A stretch of DNA of 10,745 bases. Origin: Breznakia sp. PF5-3 (GTDB taxonomy: Bacteria; Bacillota_I; Bacilli_A; Erysipelotrichales; Erysipelotrichaceae). Location: the NCBI RefSeq assembly GCF_029504745.1, contig NZ_JAQFIQ010000064.1:1-10745 (forward strand), given 5' to 3'. Position numbers and translations under genes: made by a program. The notes under the pieces are model-generated. The model ran no database searches. It was not told where the DNA came from and was given only the letters and a program-made list of their open reading frames with translations. Positions 1-5,729 of the stretch are shown piece by piece (the first letter of the stretch is position 1; each line of letters begins with the position of its first letter).

Positions 1-3000
1 TACTGTAATTGCTACTTTTGATCCATCCACTGTACTACTTGCTTCCGCTTTCGCTAAGTCTATTACTTTCGCATTATTTAATCCTGCTACTTCTTCTTTA
101 CTAATTGCAAAATCATTTGCTCCTATTCGTTCTTTATTCGTTGGATTTTCTTCTATAGAATCTTTTACTGTTACCTTTACAGTTTTGCTTACTGCTGATG
201 CTCCACTTCCATAACTATATGTTACATTATAACTTCCTAGTGTTCCTGCTTTAATTGTTGTAAAAGTCATCGCTGTTACTACTGGTGTTGGATTGCTTCC
301 ATCTGCACTTGTTACTTTTGCATCATTTACTGTAATTAATGCTTCTTTGTTTGCTAATGCTTTCGCTTCAGCTACAGAAATAAATGCGTCTTTTGCACTA
401 AGTGCATTTGATCTATCATTTGATATTTCATTTTCATCTGCTACTACTGTTACTTTTACGGTAGTACTTTTTAAACCTGTGCCACTTCCATAACTATACG
501 TCACATTATAGCTTCCTAGCGTTCCTGCTTTAATTGTTGTGAAATCACTTGCTGTTACTACTGGTGTTACACTTGTTCCACCTGCTGTCGCTGTTGCACT
601 GTTAACATTTATCAATGCTTCTTTATTTGCCAATGCTTGTGCTTCACTTACTTTTATAATTGCATCTTTTGCATTTACTGATGTTTGGCTTCCATCATCT
701 GTTATCGTTACTACTACACTCTTTTCTACTAATGTAGCTCCACTTCCATAACTATAATTTAAGGTTACTGTTTTTGCTGTTGTCGCATTTTTTACTAATG
801 CATATTCAGTATCACTTAATTTTGGTTTATCTGTTGTTCCATCTACTTTTGTTACAACTGCTTTTGTTGCATCTAATAATGCATCTTTATTTGCCAATCC
901 ATTTGCTTGTGTTAATGTTAATGTCACATTTTCTGCATTTAATGAATTCTCTCCATTTGTTTTTGCATCATCTGCAATTACTGTCACCTTTACTGTTTTA
1001 CTTACAGCTGATGCTCCACTTCCATAACTATATGTTACATTATAACTTCCTAGTGTTCCTAGTTTGATTGTTGTAAAAGTCATCGCTGTTACTACTGGTG
1101 TTGGATTACTTCCATCTGCACTTGTTACTTTTGCATCATTTACTGTAATTAATGCTTCTTTGTTTGCTAATGCTTTCGCTTCGCTTACTTTAATAAATGC
1201 ATCTTTTGCACTAAGTGCATTTGATCTATCATTTGATATTTCATTTTCATCTGCTACTACTGTTACTTTTACGGTCGTACTTTTTAGAGTTGCTCCGCTT
1301 CCATAACTATACGTCACATTGTACGTTCCTAGCGTTCCCGCTTTAATTGTTGTGAAATCACTTGCTGTTACTACTGGTGTTACACTTGTTCCACCTGCTG
1401 TCGCTGTTGCACTGTTAACATTTATCAATGCTTCTTTATTTGCCAATGCTTGTGCTTCACTTACTTTTATAATTGCATCTTTTGCATTCACTGATGTTTG
1501 GCTTCCATCATCTGTTATCGTTACTACTACACTCTTTTCTACTAATGTAGCTCCACTTCCATAACTATAATTTAAGGTTACTGTTTTTGCTGCTGTCGCA
1601 TTTTTTACTAATGCATATTCAGTATCACTTAATTTTGGTTTATCTGTTGTTCCATCTGCTTTTGTTACAACTGCTTTTGTTGCATCTAATAATGCATCTT
1701 TATTTGCCAATCCATTTGCTTGTGTTAATGTTAATGTCACATTTTCTGCGTTTAATGAATTCTCTCCATTTGTTTTTGCATCATCTGCAATTACAGTTAC
1801 TTTTACAGTTTTACTTACTGCTGATGTTCCACTTCCATAACTATATGTTACATTATAACTTCCTAGCTTTCCTGCTTTGATTGTTGTAAAGTCACTTGCT
1901 GTTACTACTGGTGTTGGATTACTTCCATCTGTACTTGTTACTTTTGCATCATTTACTGTAATTAATGCTTCTTTGTTTGCTAATGCTTTCGCTTCGCTTA
2001 CTTTAATAAATGCATCTTTTGCATTTATTGCTTTTGTTTTATCTGGTGATACTTCCCAACCTTTGTCTAACACGACATATGTTTTTGCTTTCGTCTCAGT
2101 TAAATTTGTTCTTGTGTCTTTTAATGTATAACTTACTACATATGTTCCAGGACTACTTGTATTAATTGCTGTCGTTGGTGAGTAAGTTAATTTCAAATTC
2201 GTAGGATCGCTTGCCAAAGAAAGTAAACTACTTCCATCATAAGTTTTTCCTTTAAGTCCATCTCTTAAATTTATTGTTGCACTTCCATATTCAATAAACA
2301 CCTTTTCTACACCTACATTCAATGTAGGGCGTCCCACCACTTTAAACTGTGCACTTGTTGATGTTATTGGGTCAAAAGGCATCTGTCCAAAGGTTGCTAC
2401 CTCGGTAATTGTTGTTTGACCATTTCCTACATCTGGTGCTGTCATTTCATAAGTAAATGCGGTCTTTCCTGAATTTACATTTGATGCACTTAGTGGTACT
2501 ACTAAATTGTTGGAAATATCAGTTGTATTGTATGCATTAACATTGTTAGTTATACTAGTTCCGTTTGATTTTGGATTATTTCCAGTAAAAAGATTTCCTT
2601 CGCTATCTTTTAATTGCTCAATACGCGTATTTGCATTAATAGTTGCTAGTGCTGTACTACTTACTGTTGTCAACTCATGTTTCACTTGAATCGTTTCATT
2701 AGGGTATGCAAAACTTGTTGTTGTATTTACTTGTGTCTCAAAAATCCCATCCTTATTTCTATCAGCCCAAAATGATGTAGCATCATGAGTAGGTGGCCAA
2801 TCTGTATAATATGTAGAATTGAAAGTAAGCGACGCAGTTCCTACCGGTGTAGAAGTACCATCTGGATGTACTTCTGGAACCCAGCTACTCATAGCAAAAT
2901 ATACATTTTTATAATCGGATCCAAATACAGTTTTACCTCCAATAGAATAGATTCTTTGAAATCCCCCTATACTTACTGTCAATTGACCATCGCCTGTTTC

Positions 3001-4002
3001 TGGATTAGTACACACAAAATTCATTTTAAAATCTTTTGCGTTACTGCCTCCCACAACGTTTCTCTCATAACTTTCACCACTTATTGGTTTTAATACACTA
3101 TGGGTTGTACCCTTCATATAATATCCATAAACCCCATTACCAAAAGCACTAGTTGAATAAGCAGAATCTAGGGTAAACATTGCATTCCACAATAATCCAT
3201 TTGGCATTTGTGATTGATTTATATTTGACAAAGTATAACCATTTTGTCTTTCCACAGTATATAAGTTTTTATCTACCATCCCTGTGTTATACATGATGTG
3301 ACCTGCTGTTACTTCTTTATTAGGGTTTGTATGTAATGCAAAACTAACTCCATCTGCTTCTGCTGCAGTAAACGTTCCTTCAATTACAAAACTACGTGAA
3401 AAATCTAAGGTAAACTTTGAATTTACTAATCCTGCTGTATATTTGGAAAAACTTATTGTGTTCCCATTGATAAATGGAGAATTTGTATCTTCTGATTTTG
3501 ATATTTTAAATGCTTCAGATAAGCCTCCTGAAGAGAATGGTGTGACTAATTTTGTCATCACATCTGTCGAAACTTGATCTGACTTTTCTTTTTGTACTGA
3601 TTGAATATTATCTACTTCTACACTAATTGTCGTATCTAATTTTTCATATCCATCGTCAGATGCGTTTTCTTCACTATCTCCTGCTTTATTTATTTTTTTT
3701 ATATAACTTACATTAAAGTTAAATGTTCCGTTTTCATTTGCCTCATAAGTAGGATTACTCAAATCAACTTGCACACCTAAGTCATCTTTAATTGCAACAA
3801 TTTCATACATTGTTGTATCAACATCAGATAAATCAAAGTTGATTGATGCCTTCGTCTTATCATCACTGTACTCAACGTCACTGCGTATCTGTGGTATATT
3901 TTCATTTTCATTTGCTACCACATTTGAATACAAAGATGAAACACTTGTAATTCCTATCATGAAAGCAATTAAAACTTTCGTAAATTTACTAATTTTTTTC
4001 AT
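1..4002 (-). CDS. Large secreted / cell-surface protein, 5'-complete and 3'-truncated by the window edge (at least 1334 aa): signal peptide, N-terminal beta-rich region, ConA-like (L-type lectin-like) domain, unassigned beta region, DUF5011-like Ig domain, then Big_3-like Ig repeat array. Putative lectin adhesin.
   Basis: Absent from the supplied track, presumably because no stop lies inside the window. I read every + strand triplet in phase 1,4,7... from 1 to 4002 and none is tta/cta/tca, so the minus frame is open throughout. ATG is at 4002..4000, AGAAAGG at 4016..4010 (7 nt upstream), and an in-frame TAA at 4020..4018. The N-terminus MKKISKFTKVLIAFMIGITSVSSLYSNVVA/NENEN looks like a Gram-positive signal peptide. 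The translation is non-degenerate and domain-like along its whole length. The C-terminus (any LPXTG or other anchor) lies outside the window. Confidence 0.88.
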   Translation of the reverse strand, partial: MKKISKFTKVLIAFMIGITSVSSLYSNVVANENENIPQIRSDVEYSDDKTKASINFDLSDVDTTMYEIVAIKDDLGVQVDLSNPTYEANENGTFNFNVSYIKKINKAGDSEENASDDGYEKLDTTISVEVDNIQSVQKEKSDQVSTDVMTKLVTPFSSGGLSEAFKISKSEDTNSPFINGNTISFSKYTAGLVNSKFTLDFSRSFVIEGTFTAAEADGVSFALHTNPNKEVTAGHIMYNTGMVDKNLYTVERQNGYTLSNINQSQMPNGLLWNAMFTLDSAYSTSAFGNGVYGYYMKGTTHSVLKPISGESYERNVVGGSNAKDFKMNFVCTNPETGDGQLTVSIGGFQRIYSIGGKTVFGSDYKNVYFAMSSWVPEVHPDGTSTPVGTASLTFNSTYYTDWPPTHDATSFWADRNKDGIFETQVNTTTSFAYPNETIQVKHELTTVSSTALATINANTRIEQLKDSEGNLFTGNNPKSNGTSITNNVNAYNTTDISNNLVVPLSASNVNSGKTAFTYEMTAPDVGNGQTTITEVATFGQMPFDPITSTSAQFKVVGRPTLNVGVEKVFIEYGSATINLRDGLKGKTYDGSSLLSLASDPTNLKLTYSPTTAINTSSPGTYVVSYTLKDTRTNLTETKAKTYVVLDKGWEVSPDKTKAINAKDAFIKVSEAKALANKEALITVNDAKVTSTDGSNPTPVVTASDFTTIKAGKLGSYNVTYSYGSGTSAVSKTVKVTVIADDAKTNGENSLNAENVTLTLTQANGLANKDALLDATKAVVTKADGTTDKPKLSDTEYALVKNATAAKTVTLNYSYGSGATLVEKSVVVTITDDGSQTSVNAKDAIIKVSEAQALANKEALINVNSATATAGGTSVTPVVTASDFTTIKAGTLGTYNVTYSYGSGATLKSTTVKVTVVADENEISNDRSNALSAKDAFIKVSEAKALANKEALITVNDAKVTSADGSNPTPVVTAMTFTTIKLGTLGSYNVTYSYGSGASAVSKTVKVTVIADDAKTNGENSLNAENVTLTLTQANGLANKDALLDATKAVVTKVDGTTDKPKLSDTEYALVKNATTAKTVTLNYSYGSGATLVEKSVVVTITDDGSQTSVNAKDAIIKVSEAQALANKEALINVNSATATAGGTSVTPVVTASDFTTIKAGTLGSYNVTYSYGSGTGLKSTTVKVTVVADENEISNDRSNALSAKDAFISVAEAKALANKEALITVNDAKVTSADGSNPTPVVTAMTFTTIKAGTLGSYNVTYSYGSGASAVSKTVKVTVKDSIEENPTNKERIGANDFAISKEEVAGLNNAKVIDLAKAEASSTVDGSKVAITV
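166..2025 (-). repeat. In-frame tandem repeat, period 813 bp (271 codons), about 2.3 copies. Each unit encodes three different ~83-94-aa Big_3-like Ig domains, each with a YSYGSG core, giving the order 1-2-3-1-2-3-1.
   Basis: The shadow ORFs in the supplied track recur at an exact +813 offset: 774..1067 vs 1587..1880, ends 751 vs 1564, ends 493 vs 1306, starts 1064 vs 1877. Direct comparison of 241-300 with 1054-1113 gives 4 mismatches in 60. Homology fades left of ~166 and right of ~2025. Approximate copy boundaries are 2025-1213, 1212-400 and 399-166. Confidence 0.9.
2070..2330 (-). other. DUF5011-like bacterial Ig-like domain of the surface protein
   Basis: RPTLNVGVEKVFIEYGSATINLRDGLKGKTYDGSSLLSLASDPTNLKLTYSPTTAINTSSPGTYVVSYTLKDTRTNLTETKAKTYVV follows the pattern P-x-I/L-x-x-G ... 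hE-x-G-S ... D-G ... GTY-x-V-x-Y-x-h-x-D ... h-x-V-x-V typical of these domains. Confidence 0.5.
2800..3545 (-). other. ConA-like / L-type (legume-like) lectin domain of the surface protein (about 248 aa, boundaries approximate)
   Basis: The translation FSSGGLSEAFKISKSEDTNSPFINGNTISFSKYTAGLVNSKFTLDFSRSFVIEGTFTAAEADGVSFALHTNP...NAMFTLDSAYSTS...LTVSIGG...VYFAMSSW fits the remembered L-type lectin pattern: F-x-F-x-F/I strand followed by xDGhxFhh, then a later hhEFDT-like strand. Length also fits. Assigned from memory of the family, not from an HMM. Confidence 0.5.
3913..4002 (-). other. Signal peptide of the large surface protein (about 30 aa)
   Basis: MKKISKFTK (basic n-region), VLIAFMIGITSVSSL (hydrophobic core), YSNVVA|NE (A-x-A-like cleavage context). 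The cleavage site is approximate. Confidence 0.7.
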
Positions 4003-4155
4003 TTTTTTTCCTTTCTGTTAATAATTCTTTAAACTATTCCTATGCGTTTCTTTTATCGCCCTTCATTCCCTCCTTTAACGCAAAAGCAATTTCATTAAAA
4101 AAACGAAAACCCCAATTCGTTGATTTAAGTAATAAAATTGCTTTTTCAAACGTTA

Positions 4156-4182
4156 GACGGTCTCTTCTCAATACTGGTTTTA
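4156..4182 (-). promoter_or_regulatory. Candidate ECF-sigma-type promoter upstream of the surface-protein gene: TTAAAAC-N17-CGTCTAA
   Basis: On the minus strand AAAC is at 4180..4177, the 17-nt spacer at 4176..4160 and CGTC at 4159..4156. Core and spacing are the same as the site upstream of the sigma gene (5616-5642). Lies ~154 nt upstream of the ATG at 4002. AAC at -35 and CGT at -10 is the general ECF promoter signature. Confidence 0.45.
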
Positions 4183-4291
4183 AATTTCTTAAAATAATTT
4201 TCACTATTCGTTTACACTATAAAAATAGTGTTACTGTTTTAACTTTATATACGCACTATATTTTCAAATTTTAAATAGCTTTGTAATATGA

Positions 4292-5569
4292 TTAATCAAT
4301 ATTGATAACGTATCGTTCATAATTCCCTGCAATATTATACACATATAGTTCAAGTATCCCATTAAAAGGCCCTTTGATTTGATGATCATTTGATAAACTC
4401 TCTTTCTTTTGGTCATGAACATAATAAGATTTTTCATAATCAATTTTAATATCGTCAATAATATCAAATGTAAGTACATTATTTTTATACTTAATATTTT
4501 CTAATTTTGGCTCATCACGATAAATATTTGTAATCTTTATCGTCTTGTAATCTTCTTCAGTTGAAACTATATATGTTCCATTTTCATTCACAATAAAACT
4601 AATATAGTTTTCTTTTTTATCGCGGATATTCAAACTTTCTCCATCTTTATTTTTTATTTTAACTTGTTGTCTTGCAACTGGTTGATTAAAATACGCGTAT
4701 ACAATTACATCTTGATTTGTTAAAGCTGTATCATAGGTAATAGTCTCTAACATAAGACTGATATCTTCACTTTGATTTGTATAATTATAATAAAGTATCC
4801 CTGCTGTTGAAAACACGCCCAACGCAAGGAGCGCTCTCCCTATTTTTTCAGTAATTGAAACAATCCCCATCTTAGCTGAACTTGGTAATGCTTTTTCGGT
4901 GATTAATCCAAAAATAAACTTACTTTTATCCGCTGGCATTGAAATATTTTCCACCATGTAGGAAAAAAACTGAAAATACATTAATGGAAATACAATATTC
5001 ATGTTCTTTGTTGTCAGCCCCTTTTTATATAAATCTGGTTTAATCATATCGCGTACGATTTTTAACCTTGTTTTTACTGTACCCTCTGGCATCTGCATAA
5101 CTTCAGCTATTTCTTTGACACTTAAATCATCAAAATATTTTAATTTTGCAATTTGTTCATAATTAGTAGGCATCTTTGCAAATTCTGTAGCTATGGTGTT
5201 CCATATTTCATTGCGATTAAATAAAGTAGCTGAATTTTCTTTATTTTCAAGTGTATCAATGATTCCATCATCACTATATGTCTGTTTTAACGTTCTACTA
5301 TTTTTTCTTAAGATTTCAATAATTTGTCGATATGCAACTGAAAAAAGCCATGAATGAAATGCAGAAAAATTATTGAGTGTATGAATTTTTGTGTATACTT
5401 TAATAAATGTTTCTTGAACAACCTCTTCTGCGTCTGCATTGTTTTTTAAATATGAAACAGCAAAATAATATATTGTTGATTCATAGTGTGCATAGATTTT
5501 CTCAAAAGCTTTCTGATCCCCTTTCATTAACTGCAATACAGTTTCATCTTCAATCTTTTTTGTTTTCAT
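4292..5569 (-). CDS. ECF-family (sigma-70 group 4) RNA polymerase sigma factor fused to a C-terminal extension with a transmembrane helix and a ~165-aa beta-rich domain (membrane-tethered, one-component sigma)
   Basis: 425-aa ORF with GAGGG 9 nt upstream of the ATG. Residues ~1-90 match sigma region 2 (DQKAFEKIYAHYESTIYYFAVSYLKNNADAEEVVQETFIKVY...FHSWLFSVAYRQIIEILRK). Residues ~125-178 match region 4 (PTNYEQIAKLKYFDDLSVKEIAEVMQMPEGTVKTRLKIVRDMI). A clear TM segment IGRALLALGVFSTAGILYY covers residues 243-261 (nt 4787-4843). Residues 262-425 have a beta-sandwich-like composition. No HxxxCxxC zinc anti-sigma motif is present. Confidence 0.85.
   Translation of the reverse strand: MKTKKIEDETVLQLMKGDQKAFEKIYAHYESTIYYFAVSYLKNNADAEEVVQETFIKVYTKIHTLNNFSAFHSWLFSVAYRQIIEILRKNSRTLKQTYSDDGIIDTLENKENSATLFNRNEIWNTIATEFAKMPTNYEQIAKLKYFDDLSVKEIAEVMQMPEGTVKTRLKIVRDMIKPDLYKKGLTTKNMNIVFPLMYFQFFSYMVENISMPADKSKFIFGLITEKALPSSAKMGIVSITEKIGRALLALGVFSTAGILYYNYTNQSEDISLMLETITYDTALTNQDVIVYAYFNQPVARQQVKIKNKDGESLNIRDKKENYISFIVNENGTYIVSTEEDYKTIKITNIYRDEPKLENIKYKNNVLTFDIIDDIKIDYEKSYYVHDQKKESLSNDHQIKGPFNGILELYVYNIAGNYERYVINID
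4787..4843 (-). other. Transmembrane helix within the sigma-factor fusion protein
   Basis: Nineteen uncharged hydrophobic residues, IGRALLALGVFSTAGILYY, preceded by EK and followed by the acidic/polar NYTNQSEDIS. A weaker aromatic hydrophobic patch, IVFPLMYFQFFSYMV (residues 192-206), leaves the topology formally ambiguous. Confidence 0.7.
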
Positions 5570-5615
5570 ACTTTCGCCCTCACTTTTTACTTTAAACAGA
5601 ACCTGTCATAAATAG

Positions 5616-5642
5616 GACGAAGTAATTGTAGATTTCGTTTAA
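5616..5642 (-). promoter_or_regulatory. Candidate autoregulatory ECF-type promoter upstream of the sigma gene: GTTAAAC-N17-CGTCCTA
   Basis: On the minus strand AAAC is at 5640..5637, the 17-nt spacer at 5636..5620 and CGTC at 5619..5616, ~47 nt upstream of the ATG at 5569. I saw no convincing sigmaA -35/-10 pair between the pot terminator and this gene. Confidence 0.5.
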
Positions 5643-5661
5643 CTTTTTTTTATTTTCATAA

Positions 5662-5720
5662 TTTTTATAAAAAAATACCATGATGAATACTCCTTATACG
5701 AAATATTAATCATGGTATTT
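5662..5720 (-). terminator. Rho-independent terminator of the pot operon
   Basis: Begins 10 nt after the potCD stop. 12-bp arms AAATACCATGAT (5673-5684) and ATCATGGTATTT (5709-5720), with an inner AATA/TATT extension (5686-5689 / 5704-5707). On the minus strand the downstream arm runs into a continuous 7-T stretch (ATCATGGTATTTTTTTAT: 3 T's in the arm, 4 beyond it). Confidence 0.6.
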
Positions 5721-5729
5721 CAAGTAACC

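Noticed and set aside
166-2025. Whether the periodic repeats are a CRISPR array or a mobile-element remnant
   Set aside because: The period is 813 bp, with no short direct repeats alternating with unique spacers. The repeats are in frame and protein-coding. No cas, transposase or integrase genes or terminal inverted repeats are present.
293-2131. Seven + strand ORFs in the track (66-97 aa; L/F/H/V/T-rich, e.g. MLLSHFLLMHIQYHLILVYLL...)
   Set aside because: They are shadow frames antisense to the minus-strand adhesin gene. They recur at the 813-bp period only because the underlying DNA is repeated. They are low-complexity, lack RBSs, and the minus frame gives a coherent domain protein.
2507-4021. 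+ strand ORFs 2507..2689, 2785..3093 and 3839..4021
   Set aside because: Antisense to the continuous minus-strand ORF (lectin and N-terminal regions). They have no RBS and no recognisable protein features.
4040-4066. 8-codon mini-ORF MKGDKRNA* preceded by AAAGGAGGG in the adhesin leader
   Set aside because: Only 2-3 nt separate the GGAGG core from the ATG, too short for efficient initiation. I kept it only as part of the leader-structure observation.
4264-4479. Minus-strand 71-aa ORF overlapping the 3' end of the sigma gene in another frame
   Set aside because: Almost entirely nested in the 425-aa ORF, whose frame encodes a continuous domain. It has an I/L/K/M-rich composition typical of off-frame AT-rich sequence and no RBS.
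5592-5681. 29-codon minus-strand mini-ORF (MVFFYKNYENKKKLNEIYNYFVLFMTGSV) with AAGGAG (5695..5690) 8 nt upstream of its ATG
   Set aside because: The SD lies in the loop and the ATG in the 3' arm of the pot terminator. The FF codons are the terminator T-run, and the ORF runs across the putative sigma promoter. The composition is what random AT-rich sequence gives. Ribo-seq could still test it.
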